Assembly (NCBI RefSeq): GCF_964355755.1
Contig: NC_092679.1
Span: forward strand, 10,523,432 to 10,587,431
DNA: 64,000 nt
Direction of reading: 5' to 3'
Source of the DNA: Antedon mediterranea
Taxonomy: Eukaryota; Animalia; Echinodermata
Shown: piece after piece, positions 23,119 through 37,965 of the stretch
Layout of the letters: each line of letters begins with the position of its first letter
Numbering within the stretch: the first letter of the stretch is position 1
The notes under the pieces: model-generated
Seen by the model: the letters and a program-made list of their open reading frames with translations, nothing else
Told to the model about the DNA's origin: nothing
The model's database searches: none
Translations under genes and position numbers: made by a program

Positions 23119-25003
23119 TACCCATTTGGGAAATGGCTATTTTTTAACTTCTTTGTCCTCCTGGCGGATATTAAATAATTGCTAACACAATTTGTACCTA
23201 TTTTTGGTTTTTATCGTACTGAATAGTTAGGAATACCAAGAACAGGAACCCTTCTTTAAGAAAGTAAAATACTAATTATTTACCTGCTAATTAAAGAAAC
23301 AGGAAATGTTATGTGGAGTAAAATATGAGTATACTATTTATTTTATTTTTCTACATAAAAAACTATTACCGGAAAAATTAACAATTCACCTTTCAAATGG
23401 ATAAACAAATTCATGTACATTCACATAATTGGTCTATAAAAAGTTTTGCATTAAACTATGCTTAAACTTAAAAAAAGACTCTTCAATGAGATTATTTTTA
23501 ATCATGACACTAAGTTCTGAAACTTTAGGAAACCGCTACACCTGATTATTTAAAAGCGTCAGTACGGGTTCTAGCATGATGAAAGGTGAGTACATTTTGG
23601 TGTCGGTTATTAACTAAAAAAGGGGGCATTTTATTGAAAAGTCAGAATTTTCAAATTGAGATTATTCAGAAATACTGAAACTACATAATCTAAGATTTAA
23701 AATGCTGAAAAAAATATTTTGATACCATGTCACTTCCAGAGATATCTCAGTCTAAAGGTTTGGCGTTACAATCAGTATTTTGAGAAAAATGCTTTTAAAG
23801 TTAAATAACAGTAAATGACAAATACAAATAAATAAACAGGGCATTTAAGTTTATGCCTTAGAAAAAGGGTATTCTAATTGTTTTATTTCAATTAAACTTC
23901 GCACCTTCGTTAATTAACTACTGTTCTATTATTATGCAAAATATTAAAAACAACCCACTGGAACACTTTCAATTTAAGCATAAAACCATACATAATTTAA
24001 ACCATCTTTTTAACCAACATAGCACACAAAATGTTAACATTTATTTATTTATTTGTCTCAAAATAGAAAATAGAAAAAAAAAATGTAATTTTTTACAGCC
24101 TTTTATTGTTTATGGCTGTCTCTACAAAAAAAAGCACCAAGGTAATGTAAATAAATACTGTTTCAGCTATCATTTTCTGTAAAAATTTTAAAAAATTTTA
24201 TTTTTCAGCCTTTAATTGTTTTTGGCTGTCTCTAAAAATCTACACATGCAACTTATGTCCGATTTCGCTTGCATCTGCCAAAAATGATGTTCTATTGGGA
24301 GGCGTTTATTCGAGAGAGGCGTTTATTCAGAAGGGCGTTTATTTAAATAAATACGGTATGTGTTTTTTGCATATAACATTGCAGCACAAGTGTCTTATAA
24401 AGATGAAGAGCTACATTACTGGGGCATTAGATCTAATTTAACCAAATAAGATCTTAAATGGTTACTTAATTTGATATTGTATTTTATAGAACAGCCTAAT
24501 ATCACGATCTAAACATATATTAGAAATTCTATAACATGTAGGTTTGGGATATCCTCTTCTCTGAGTAAGACACATAAGATGCTTTTATTGGGATTCAATT
24601 TGAGACAATTTTTTTCAAGTAAAAATAGACGTTCGATTTGGGTTAAAAGTGAATGAAAATGGTTGGTTGGAAATCCACACTTGGCGGATAACCTCCTAAA
24701 TGTGGGAGGGCTTGATTATTGTATGGTTCCCTGCTAGTATACAGTATTTGTAAAACATTGGCATGTTTGCAATACATAGGCCATTAGCAGGATTATCAAA
24801 CATATTATCTTACACCATCTGTCAATAAAATATCAGGTAGTATCGAGATGAAAGTTGACATTAATTTTGTAATGCCTTATTGCAATAAAGAACAAAAATA
24901 TGATATACTTCTTTGTTTTATTCTGAAAATTTAGAGATATATAGGTATGAAGTATGAATATAATGATTTCATCATTATTGACACTCATTCACACATTAAC
25001 AAT

Positions 25004-25129
25004 AACAAGGTCATATACATGGCTGCAGTCGTGTGCTCAAATTTGAGTTAGTGTTTACCGACTGACCGAACGACCGACCATCCGACCGACATAGTGAGCT
25101 GTAAAGTCGTGTTGCATGCAACTAAAAAA
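25004..25129. mobile_element. Short DINE/HINE-like repeat with (CCGA)n core
   Basis: GGCTGCAGTCG(C/T)GTGCTCAAATTT..AGTGTTTACCGAC(CGAC)n, ending in hairpin AGTCGTGTTGCATGCAACT plus A-run; related copies at ~26185-26250, ~51020-51080 and inverted at ~52525-52630. Confidence 0.6.
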
Positions 25130-25511
25130 CAAGACCTGAACTGATCACTAGGATAATTTTGGTTATACAGTACATTCAAATAAAAAACAAATTGATATTA
25201 AATTTTGAGGTAGTCCAATAAAGAAAATGTTTGTACATTTCTATATTTCAGAAAGCAGTAAGATAATCACAAGGGCTTATACTAAGATAAAATTTACCTG
25301 TTGTTTTGACAACTATATTTTCTGTTAATTTTAGCTGATTCATTTTTCACTGCATTTTCAACAAAAACATGCACACGGTACACCGTAACCATAACAAACA
25401 ATAAAACATCAAATCAATTTCCACACATATAAACATAGAGTGAAACATATTTGCGTAGTTTGTAATATAAGATGGAAGTGGGGATGGATGGGGAAAGAAT
25501 GAACTCATTAA

Positions 25512-25820
25512 AGTCGCGTTCCCTACATTTTGTAGATCTAATTTAGGTCACAAACTAAATTTAATATAAAAAATAATATAAAAATAAATACTATATGGTC
25601 CTATTGAGATAACTTTTTTTGTCTTTAAACGGTTAAAAATGTGAAAAATAAGTCAATTCCTATAAATCCCAACATGCAGTGGGCGCGGATTGATATTTTT
25701 GTTTTTCTTCAGTAATTCACCAACTTTTCGATAGATCGTGAGCCCAAAAAACAAATGAAAGACTCAATTTGTATCAACGGAGCCTGGCAGAAACAGAAAG
25801 AAAATTAATGCAGCTAGTTT
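25512..25820 (+). mobile_element. Truncated copy of the Kolobok-like element
   Basis: TTAA|AG..TTCCCTAC..AGATCTAATTTAGGTCACAAACT.. matches 49369 onward. Confidence 0.75.
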
Positions 25821-27514
25821 CTAAATGTTCGCTGCACAACTTCACGTGAATGATGATAATTTACGAAATGTTATGTTTGCAATTTTTAGAGATACGCGAG
25901 ACACAAACATTACAGAAAAAAAGAAGAATTGGAAAAAGAAGATGATGATAATGATCTTTGACAATCACAACATTTTTATTGGTTATCCACAACAAAGTTG
26001 CAGATAACCAATACAAATTTTCAGGGAGAAATTTTATGTAAGGATGAATTATACTATAGGCAGAGGTATGCACTACCCTCTCAGCGGAGAGCCCTCTAGT
26101 TAAATGTGTACTCAAATGCTTCCCATAGATCTTACAAATTACTAAAATGACTAATATAGCTTTCACATTGTACAATCAAATATAAACAAGGCTGCAGTTG
26201 CGTGCTCAAGTTAGTTTTAACCAACCAACCGGCATAGTGAGCTGTAGGTGTATGTATTTCAATTTTATAATGGCTCAAATATATCAAATGAGACAAATAT
26301 AAGAACCGCCGAATTATTCCCTCTGTGTCCAAATTCACACAAAACTGTGAGAAATTCTGAAGAAAACATTTTAAAAAAGAGACATTTCTATGTATAAAAT
26401 ATAGCTAAACCACAGGTTTTCAGTTGTGCCATCACTAAACCTAAAGGATAGTTGAAGCAAACTGCAGACTTCATAGCTAACAACACCTCAATTAAATCTG
26501 TAAAGCAATTCATGTGAGATATGGCAAATCTAATATTGACAGGAAGTCATGTCTGTTATTCTATTGGATCTCTTGTTAAAATAAAGTAAACTAAATTTTA
26601 AATGTATTATAGCATGCTACATTACACTTATATCTCAAAGGTGACCCTGCAGAAGAATTGGGAAAAATGAGGAATGAGAAAAAAAGAGGGATTACAAAAA
26701 ATGGAAAAATGAAACTTCATATTAAAACAAAAATTGTTTTACCTTAAAAAAACAGAAAACCTTCTGTTTTATAATCAATAAAATAAGTTAAGTAAACAAA
26801 TAGAAGTATTACAATATTAACTAGATAAAAAAAGTTTCATTACATTAAAATGATCAATAATGCAACCAAAAGTAACTAAAGAGAAATTCTCAACACAAAC
26901 AATTAGATAATTACATTATAATTTCAATAACCATGTGTGAAACGATAAGGGGTTTATATCAACATGAATTGCTTTTAGTTTTATAGGTTGTAGACAATAA
27001 CAGCTCTTTGTACACAAGTTACTTGTGTTATTAATAATAGTTTCTAGTTAATGTCTAGACAATAATCATAATAGTTTTAAAATACAAGTAAATAGTAATA
27101 CTAATAATTTTCTAAAATAGAATAGTTGTTAAATTAAGAGTGACATATCTTACATATCTTGTGATTTATATTGGCTGCTAAAGGTAAAGGGGGAGTAAAA
27201 AGGGTGGGGGGGGGGGGGAGAAGAGAACACAATTTTAGAATGTTAGTTGATTGTTATCAACTAAAATGAAATGTGAGCAAAATAGATATTATTATAAAGA
27301 ATTATTACTTAATAATTTTAATAATGTTGATTATAATAATAGTAATGATGATGATGATGATCTTAACTTTAATTGTGTTTTACCTAATGTTATGAGGATG
27401 AGAATTTGAAAAATAGAATTTTGACAGTGTTCTAATAAGCAATTATGTATGATTTTCACTTATATTTTTAATATTATATTTATTGTTACTGTTCCAGGTG
27501 TATAGAAAAACTAT

Positions 27515-27850
27515 TATTAACCTATTGCCAAAAGCAGAAAGACCCAGTGTACCAAAAGATTTTAGACCAGTTGTAATTACTTTGAATTTAATAAAATGTT
27601 TAAATTTAAAGAAAACATTGGTAATGTTGATAAGAACCAATTTGCATATTTAAAAAAACAAAGGGGGTCAACGATGTTGTTAATTATTTCCTCCATGATA
27701 TTTACCAACACCTTGATTCCAAACAAAATTATGTATGGTCTATCTTTTTCGATTTCTCCAGTGCCTTTATCTTGCCAAAGTTATACATAGTTTCTTCAGG
27801 GAGTTGTAAAATATTATTTTACAACTCCCTGGTTTCTTGATCGATAGACC
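27515..27850 (+). pseudogene. Degenerate non-LTR retrotransposon RT fragment
   Basis: Frames read ..PSVPKDFRPVVIT..IKC and NQFAY, then LFFDFSSAF; disrupted by frameshifts. Confidence 0.6.
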
Positions 27851-29616
27851 ACAAGGTTATGTTATTTCTCCCATTTGATTTTCATTTTATTTTAGTTGTT
27901 TTAATATTTTAAAGACCCATTTCCAATTGTTGACGTTTTGTTAAAATAATACATAAATATATTACTTTAAAAACATTAAACCAGGTCATTCCTAGTCTTA
28001 AATGTACGTTTTATGGTAAATTATGATAAAAAGGGAGAAACAATGCAAAAATACAGAAGAAAAACTAAAATATCAATGCGCACGCGAGGTTGAATAAAAA
28101 TATATATTAATATTTCGTATTATAATAGATATAATAGATAAAATAGATAAAAAATAAAAGTGGGAAACAAACTCTCTTATGATTTCCAAGAAACAATCTC
28201 AAATCAAAGAGTATACTTTCTCTAGCAAATTAGAGTTGTTAACACTATTTTAATCCTATTTTATTATTTAAAATATTTTATGGTTAAGCATTGGATGTTT
28301 TTAAGGTAATTATACTGAAAAAGATAAGAAAAGTATAGAGAGACTGTATCATTAAAGCAGATCTAATGTTCACTGATTTACTGTTACAATTTTAATAGAC
28401 TACGACCACCAAAAGCCAATGTATGTAGAACTTGGAATTCCTTTGTTGTAAATAGCATTAATATGTTTAATCCAATGTTCAACGATAACTCTATACTGTA
28501 ATTTTAACAGTATTTAGCATTGGTCTATAATCCGTTTTTTTAACATTGGCCTAGCGTTTGTGCAATTTGCTGTATTTTTCTTGTAGTTTTATTGTCTTAA
28601 TTATGCCAGGCCAAATGAATTTCCATTTTAAGTGAACCACTACCTTTCTTTTTTATTATAAAGAAAACCAAACATACTACACATTTTACACTATTGATTT
28701 CCATTTACACTAGCAAAAAAAACTGCCAGATAGACTATGCCCATACACTACATCAATCACCCGGTGTTGTCATTCAACATATAATAATATTATTAAATTA
28801 TTTTTTTAAACATTAAAATTGTTTCTTTAATATTAAAATGACTGCATTCTTGCCATGTACATACATTGTTGGCGTAATATTTTATTTTATGAGCATAACA
28901 TAATGTATCGCAATGGAGGACATTAATTAATTAAAAAATTAAATTATTAAATTTGGTACTTTTTTGTTTTATTCTTTTTATTTTTGTGGCTTAAAACCAC
29001 CATTTTTATTCAACTTCAATTTCATTTTATGAATGACAGTAAAAATCAATGCATCTTCATTTTCACATGATTATCCCTTCTTTCATTATTTTGTTTTATT
29101 TTTTTCTCCTTTTCTCTACATAATTAACATTAATTCAATATAATGTCACCTTATATTTTATAATTTTTTTTTATTAGACTTAGTAATGCAGACTAATTTT
29201 TGATGACACAAACAAGAGAAGAACTATGCAAAAAAACGGTCTTATAGACTGAAAATATATACAGTACATTACATGTTATATTTCGTCTATAGAATTAAAG
29301 TTGATCAATGGATTTAGCTGTGTACACTACTGTATTGCATTGATTGAAATGGGTGGTCAAGGTTTCTTGATACAGATACCCACTAAAATTTCTGGTGGCC
29401 TTGGTTTTCGAGAAACTTCAGAGACATTTATTAAGAAATGTTAGTCGTTTCTCGCCAACACCCCATGCATCTTTGGTCTCTTTTTTTTTTGGAACCGAAA
29501 CATTCAATACAATAAATGACATAAGAAGATATAAGAAAAATGTTTTTACCTCCAATCAAAAGAAATTACAGAAGCTTGCAGTCCTACATACAATCAAAAT
29601 TACAGACGTACTGTAC

Positions 29617-30735
29617 AAGTCACATTCCCTACGTTTTTTAGATCTAAATAAAGGTCACAAACTACATTTAATGTAACAATAAATACTATATGGTCCTATT
29701 GCGATAACTTTTTTTCGTCTTTCAACGGTTAAAAATATGAAAAATAAGTATATTCTAATCATTTTAGCGGCCTGCTATAAATCCCAACATGCATTACACG
29801 CGGATTGATATTTTAGTTTTTCTTCTGTGATTCACCTACTTTCGATCAATTGTGAAGGCCAAAATAAATGGAAGAATCGTAACTTTTTCAGCGAAAATAC
29901 AGAGTTTCCCCCAATTTGTATTACGGATTCTGGCAAAAACAGAAAGACAATTAATGCAGCAACTAGACAACGTCAGGCTCGTACGTTACTGTTGTTTACC
30001 AGCTAAGGCCTACAAAACTAAGCCTGGCAAGGCTAGGCCTAAAGACCGTCCACGACAGGACATTCACCATGAGCTACTTATTTTGGATTTGGGGAAAAAT
30101 CAGGGATTATTTCAAATAAAAAATAGAAAATGTCAAAAAATTACAATTTTCAACCAAGAGTGTTGTATACCCTGTTTGCATGTAAATCATATCACGTTTG
30201 GTATAATTATTAGATAGATAATTTATTTTATACCTATTTGGCTTCTAATGACCCCTAAATTTTATGTTCAACTAACATGATTTTGGTAGGTTTTAAAAAA
30301 TAGTACTGAAAGAGTAGAGAAGGTTTGAAAACTATTGCAATTTGTTTTAGTTACTCCTTTTTTTGTTTCTCGAACCCATTGTTTTAGTACTTACTATAAA
30401 CCTACATAATATTGACAATTTTGCAATAAATATAAGTTTATTTATGTATTTGCAGAAATTAAAATTTAATTCATTCCTTGTGATTAATATCCAAATATAT
30501 TTTCGTTTTTCTACTTTTCGATCGATCATGAGGCCAAAACAATTGGAAGACTTTTCAGCAAAAATACCGGGTTTTCTCTAATTTGTATTAACGGATTCTG
30601 GCAGGTATTGCATTGTTTCTCTCTTTTTATCATAATTTACCATAAACCGTACACTTAAGACAAGGAATGACTTGGTTTAATGTTTTAAAGTAATATATAT
30701 GCATTATTTTCACAAAACATCAAAAATTGTAGGGA
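29617..30735 (+). mobile_element. Kolobok-like element copy, interrupted and partly duplicated
   Basis: Homology to 49369-49994 over ~29617-30080 and again ~30490-30735; unrelated sequence between. Confidence 0.7.
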
Positions 30736-31529
30736 TTAAAATATTTGTTGGATAAGATTTTCCAATTTGTACAGAATGGGAGATCGAGCATAGGTTGTTC
30801 CAAATATCATCCCATTTAAAATCTTAGCATTTGAAACAGTACACTTGAACACTTATGGATGAATTCATTCCTCCTTAATAAATTAATTAATGACTCTATT
30901 GTTACAAAATTATTCTTTATGTACAATCCAGAAGAATTAAGTACTTTTTTGGTAATTGTTCCCATTAATCTACGCTTTGGGATTGCCTTAAATGGCATAA
31001 CATTTTTCTTTGCACCACTTCTTTAAGTTGTAAAAATTCTTTAAAGTTTCATAATTTATTCAAGAATAATAATCTTGTTTGCATTCTTGGAGATTTAATA
31101 AAACATTTAACATAAAATTCTTTCCTTTGCATCTCTAAAGTTGTATAGAGATGCAGTGAAATTGAAATTAAAATAGAGAAACAACATATTCAGTGCCTTT
31201 TAATATCGACAGTGGTAGTTTTTCCATGATACTATTTCATTTGATCAAATTGATTTTTTTGTTACTTTAGTGGTTTGTTTCCTGTTTTTTTTACTTCCTA
31301 AAAAGTTATCATTTTGAGACGTCAGTATCAATCTATTTTCCTTTTTCAAGATTTCTATTTTTTCTCCGAAAAAATATATAAAAATACCTAGAATTTGCCT
31401 ATATTAGGGTGGAGTTATGCCAATATTAAATTTATAGGCTTTAGAATGCAGAAAAAGTTCTTTCAACTTTCAATTTTCAATGAAAAAGAAAATTATGACC
31501 AACACAATATATAATATTAATAATATCCT

Positions 31530-32011
31530 GGATTTATATAGTGCCTGTTGTGAAGCGCTGAACATTATTACCCCAGTAATTTGTTTTGCATCAAACACCT
31601 ATGGAAACATACTTCCATTAAATGCAGCTAGTAATCAGCGCAAAGTTGTGTCTTGATCTTACCCGGTTCCCATTTATACACCTGAGTGGAGAGAGGCAAA
31701 CGTAAGTAAAGTATCTTGCCTAAAGGGCCTTTCACACCTGTTCCGGCACGGTTCCGGTCCGGCGAATCGAACGCCAATGTTTTGTTTTCACGACGCTCCA
31801 CGCGGCCAAGCACCAATCGATATGCGCGTAGCCGCGTAAAAACGAAACATTGACGTTCGATTGGATTTGCCGTCGCCGGACCGGAACCGTGCCGGAACCG
31901 TGCCGGAACAGGTGTGAAAGGCCTTTTAGGAAACAAAACAATGCGGCGAGAGTTGAATTCGAACCTCGATCTCACGATCAGTCGAACATCCAACACATTG
32001 CGCCACACGCC
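31530..32011 (-). mobile_element. tRNA-derived SINE interrupted by a MITE
   Basis: Minus strand: GGCGTGTGGCGCAATG (A box), GGTTCGAATTC (B box), then TAGGCAAGATACTT..CCACTCAGGTGTATAAATGGG central domain and an L2-like AGCGC..CACTATATAAAT tail. Confidence 0.75.
31724..31925. mobile_element. PIF/Harbinger-type MITE (202 bp)
   Basis: TIRs A(G/A)GGCCTTTCACACCTGTTCCGGCACGGTTCCGG; flanks TAA (31721-31723) and TTA (31926-31928); removing it restores the SINE. Confidence 0.85.
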
Positions 32012-33989
32012 CTATCATGTAATTATTATTTTATGCAAAAAAAAAAAACATATTTTATTTGCATAATATGTAAGTATTTCTATGACAGAATGTTAGATTT
32101 CCACGTCAATGACCTTTAACAGTCTGAGGTTGGACCACAAAAACTGTTTACACTTTGCCTTCTCCGGTGTAGTGAAACCAACACCGGAGAAGGCACATCG
32201 GAAAATATTCACCTTTGCTTCACCCCGTGGAGAGCACACCAAAGTGGTTGGATTTTCCCATTTACAGTACACTCGTCAATAAAAATCAACAACAATGTTT
32301 ATCGGCTTCATCTACTAACAATTGCAGGGTTACAATGCTGTTGCTGTGATAGTGTATTAAGCATTAACAAGAATCATTAGGCTTATTAAGCATAGATAAA
32401 AAATAAAGGCTTATAAATGAATTTGTTGTGCTGAAGATTATACATATTTAGAAGATAAGTAATTTAAATGTAGGGCCTACTGTTGCTGGCATATGTAATT
32501 TTATAAATTTCAGTTTTTACTTTTACTTTTTTTGAATAGAAAATTACCCATTCTATATTCTTACAAAAATTGCAGCTGTTTCCATAGCATTATTTAGCCT
32601 TAAGGATCAGTCCATTGTGTAGAAATTATATTTGCAATATGTTGACATTATTCTATGATGGCTAATGACACTTGAATTCCCTTGCTCATTTCTCAGTAAC
32701 AGCTGGTAATGTGTATAAGCCTTGTTTATAAAGACCTGTTGGTTTTCGCATAATTAAGCATGGGTACCTGGACATTCACTGGTGATAGCTCTGAACTCAT
32801 CATAGATATCAATCATTAAGATATTTGTACTGTTATTCTGAATGCTGCAAGATCACCTAAGTATTGTGTGGAATGACATATCTACTTTTAGTACATTCAT
32901 TACAGAATAGAATTACCGTATATGAATTAAAAAGATGTCTATAATTTCAGTATTTTAATGAACTTTAATGGGTTAGATTAATTTGTTTTAATTCAGTGTT
33001 TGTTTCTTCCAGATAAGCAATAAATATTCCTCTTTCGATAGCCTTTCACATGCCAAGTCGATCGTGTCGATAGATTCCGCACTTGAGTGGCTGTTCACAT
33101 GAACCACTCACAAGCTGATAAACCAATTGAGAGCAACCCAAGACAGTTAAAAAGTTTGTGCTCCCAAAAAAAATGTTTTTTATTCCATACATACAGTAAA
33201 TATCAGAATAACTCATTATGTCATCAAATGCAGACTTATTTCCAATGGTTTCCAGAATATTCAAAATCAGAAAAGTAAGTACAGTAGTACAGTCTTAATA
33301 AGCAGTCAAATACCTGTAGTTAAAAGTTGCACAGAAATAAAAGATGTTACTACACCCAAACAATTTAGTGATCAATCAATTTAGAATCAATTTTAATCAA
33401 TCAACTTTATTTTCCAATACATTGATAAGTAAAATATTATTAAATTGCATATTGTTTATATAAATTTTACTTAATCTACAGTGTATATATTATATATGCA
33501 ATAGAGAAAATAAAGGGATATTTAATGAGGATTTGTTTTTGCAAACTGTGCCAAAATACACAATAGGCCTACAAAACACAATCCCTAAAGTATTTGATAA
33601 GTAACAAGTAAACACTAATGTCTGTCTAGCCTATTTTACTACTAAAAACATGTCTTTATGTCCAATAAATGTTACATTTCCTGTAAAATAAAGTGTTGAT
33701 GTAGTGTAATAATGTAAACAAAATGTTTGCATGACGGAAACCTCAATGCTCTGTTCATTTTGATGTTTATTCTTTTGTAAATTTAGCTTTTACAATCTAT
33801 TGTAAAATTCTAATTCATTCTAGTTTAAGTATAAATTAAGATAAACTCTTGTTGTTAATTGTTTAATTGTTAAATTTGATTTGTGTATAATGTCTTACGG
33901 CCTTGTCGAAAAAAAAAACCATTGAGGTGAACAAGTGTTACCGTGATTAAATAAAGTTTTTATTATTATTATTATGGTCATATTTATAA

Positions 33990-35095
33990 AAAAAACGTTA
34001 CCATCTGATTTATGGTCAAGTCGACTTAATCACCTTGGCATTGCGAGATTAACCAAACAGGGAACTTGCTGTGCAGAGAAGCTGAGACAAATAAAAAGAA
34101 AAGAGTATAACTTAATTTTTCAAATTTATAATTCAATCGAGGATGAGGAATCCACTGTTGAGCAAACTGATGTTGCTAATAATAGAAGGTGTATGCCGAA
34201 ATTTATACTGAATAACACATGCTCCATTTTAAACAAATTGGATGAATTTACTTGCATTAAGATAGAAAAACCAGATATTTGTGTTGTATCTGAATCATGG
34301 ATTACGAATGAAACCGCATCTGAACTTTGCACAAACGTTGAGGTGGTATACTATGTATGTTAAAGAAGATTTTAGAGCTGAAGTGCTAACAGATATTTTT
34401 GTACCAGATGAGTTGGAAGTCCTTTGTCTTTTAATTAAACACCCAAGACTACCCAAAACTGCACCATATATCGTTGTTGGTGAGGTTTACCTCCCACCAG
34501 GGTCCTCCTCCCAGATCTTATTAATCGATCATTTTATTTCCAGTTTTGCACTCCGGTTTAACACAAGCCCAGTGCTAAATTAGAGAGAATTTAATGTAGG
34601 GCTTGATGATTTTGTCTCATATAATGCTGCCCTTGGTAGGGATGCTTTGTGTAGGGTTTTTGCTTTCAGATATCCCAGATTTAACAATTGGTTTCACCTT
34701 TCAAATAGTACCACATCCATGTCAAAAGTTTGAACACATTAAGGGCAATACGAATAGATTTAAGAATAGCCCAATTATTTACATGACAAACTCATTGAAA
34801 CCAATTAATTAACTTTCTCTTTCCTACAGTGCATCCTTGTATCACTATGGCTGAGTTTCCAACTCGTTCTTATCTTTTCTCGTGCAATTTCGTTGCAATT
34901 GTTTTTTATATATCATATTTACCATTTTTTTCCCGCATTGTGTGTTTTTCGTAACTTGTTTCTCGTAGCTTTTCTGATGTTGTAAATTAATGTAGGCTAA
35001 TATATTATTTCTGCAATTCAGTTCGTTGGGCTGCAACAGTCATAATGTATGTATTTTTTCATTGATTTATATGTTGAATTGAATAAATATACCAA
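33990..35095 (+). pseudogene. Internally deleted LINE (CR1/L2 group): APE endonuclease fragment joined to extreme ORF2 C-terminus and 3' UTR
   Basis: NTCSILNKLDEF..KPDICVVSESW and ELEVL..VYLPP (APE); TNRFKNSPI resembles TKRFQTSPV of ORF 52937-53635; similar TGCAATTCAG..GAATAAA(A)TATACC tail. Confidence 0.75.
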
Positions 35096-37965
35096 AATAT
35101 TAAGTTGTATGTAGACTATGTAATGTGGGTTGCATGTCAAACTTTATAAAGACTGATATACTGTAACTTGGTGAGTGTCAATTAGTTAAATAACATTCCA
35201 TACATAGACGGAAAGATTGTTAAACATGATTCAAGCAATTTAGCCTGAACATAAACAAAATTAGATCTTAACGAACCAACTTACCACTAATGATTAATGA
35301 GTTTTAAGAATGTACCCAATGCTTAGAGTATAATACATTTTAATTATGAAGAAAATAATTGCATACAGATCAAAGTTAATGTAGACCTACAACACTGAAA
35401 GATTACCTTTAGGTTCCAATAAAATGTTGTAGTTGGAAAAGTTTGCTTGTTAAATATCTAGGACTATACCAGCTTGTGCCTGCCACAAGACGTTAATAAA
35501 CGACACGAGACTAAAGATAATATATTGTCATGCATAGCATGCAAGGTCAATAGCAAGCGACATACTTTATCATACATTGTAGTAGTCCGAAACGTGCAGT
35601 GCTCTGAAAATAGATCTCTATCTTCTGTATGTAACAAAACTTACTGTAGATGAAATGGCAATGTCAATGGAAATATGTTGTGGTCTCTCTTAATTTGTTA
35701 ATAGTCTATTAGCACCCTCTTGTATACTCTGCTTGATACAACTAACCACCCTTAGTTATGACTGGTATGATGCTGACTTCAATGTTAATTCTGTTATATG
35801 CAACCTAACATTTGTAAGTTGGTAAACAAAGAAGAAAATTAACAAATTCCTTTGTAAAACATCCCACTGCTTGAAACCCTTGCAGGAGGCATTATTAGAT
35901 TAATAATATATTTAAGTTGCTGCAAGGACAATTTTAATACTCTGTTTTCACCCATTGAAGTTAGTGATATTGGGACATACATAAAGGGTTAAAAATATTA
36001 TTATCAGTTATCAGTTAAAAAAAAAAACAGTCTTAACTATTTCACCAGAATGGTCTATGGGTTTGCGTGGTGAGACCGATTATCGTTGACATGCTCATGT
36101 CCATCTCCCGCAGATAACAGAAGCCTTAAAGCTGAAATAGAGTTCCTCATGATAATCGTCTTAGCAGGGTATCTACATAAGTAATTGATTTTAGTAGAGA
36201 TGAACGAAATACATGAATTACATATTCTCAAATATCAATTGTTATTTATTCTTGAATCCAGCAAGCTCTAAGGTGTTGATATTATTATGCCTCAATTATG
36301 ATATCTATTCCAACAATCTTTTTTTCTGACCTTTTGGTAAAAACACAATCATTTTATGATTAGAATCAAAATTCTACGTAATAAAATCATAATTATGTTA
36401 ATTGGCAGAAAATGGTAGACACAAAGATAATACTGTTAGGTTTGCGGTACAACATGTGTCTAAAAGGAAATTAAATACGGTAAGATGTTCTCACACTTCC
36501 AATAAACATAATTAAGTCTAGCTTATGCCAATAAGTATGAGTATAAGTATAAGTATTGAAATTCTTTGAAAGAGGTTAAATAAACACTCTTTTTTATTTA
36601 ATAAACATGTAATAGCATATATTTCATTGAATTTTAAAATGTTGATATTTATAATATAATAGCACAAGCCAAAATTTGTTCCTCTATGTCCTCTTAAATC
36701 ACAACTCTGATATTAACACCATTCGAGCTGGGGCACCTTTAAGTTTTAATACTCCTTTATGCATTAGTCTCTAAGAATGGCAAGCTTGTACAAAAAAGTT
36801 GTTTTTTAAGCCAATTTCTATTATTATTTTTGGCGCTGTTTAAGATCCTATATTGTGAAAACTACGAGTCAGATTTTCATAATTCTTTCTTTATTATAAT
36901 ATTGATACAAAATACTAACAGGCAATGTATAATTTGTTTGAAAAAATATTAACTTTTAATTTTGCATCGTTATCCCTAGTATAGTAGTACAGTATGTGGG
37001 CTGGGTCACTTTGACCTTAGAGAGTAGGCCTAGTGCCCCTACCCTGGAATATGTACATTACTATAGTTTAGTTCATGTTTTTTGTTCTGTACAGTAGGCC
37101 AGACTATATTTACACAAAATGTTTACTACTGATTGTTAAACAATAATAAATCACTAGATTGGATCTCGTCACGGTGACAAGTTCGGGTTATCTGCGCAAA
37201 CGAAACATGCAGGTACGTTAAAATATGAACGCAGCAAATGATTATGACATCCTCTGACATGAAGTAAACGTTTACAGTGATAAATTGTGTCTATTGTGTG
37301 TCATACAGTTTACAGTATTTTTTACAGAATACACTGTATATATTATATACGGTGTAGCAAAGAAGAAATTATGAAACCAATATTTTATTCCAACTTTTAA
37401 CATGATGACGTCATCAAAATGAAACATGAAGATAACAATTTTAGAAGATAATTATACATAATTACATTCATAAAAATTGGAAGATTTTTGGGTACTGTAC
37501 GTAATAAGCAAGATGCATGCTCTTTTCAATGCGCCAAACTTTTAATCACATGGATAACTGTTCATTCCTAGGAGCTATAACAGATTGAAATATACTGTAT
37601 AGATGAAATTAAGTAACTCACATAATTTTTCTAACGTGCATGTGAAAGAGAATTGATTGAGAAAGAACATATTCAAATCTAGGAGAAAATGGGATATGCA
37701 TTAACGCGATGCACTCTATTATTTAAATGAGATTAACTAGTAGAAAAGAGAAAAAAAAACTTTTTTTTAATTTGAGTGGCCATGTGGTGGCGTCAGAACA
37801 TCCTGTAGGTACAAATTGTAAATTAATTGATACTGTATCTACAGCTCATTAGGTTCCATAATAAAAAATAACTGATTAAAAATAGGTATATTTTTTAACA
37901 AATTTGCATTAAATCACCTATTCTTTAGCACACGATTATTAAAGTTCAAGATGCACGTGTGTCGT

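Noticed and set aside
27204-27218. Poly-G runs as G-quadruplex elements (also 57754-57772)
   Set aside because: Simple homopolymers with no supporting context; length is also error-prone in assemblies.
31628-32119. Three overlapping GC-rich ORFs
   Set aside because: By-products of the palindromic MITE inside a SINE; no protein-like motif.
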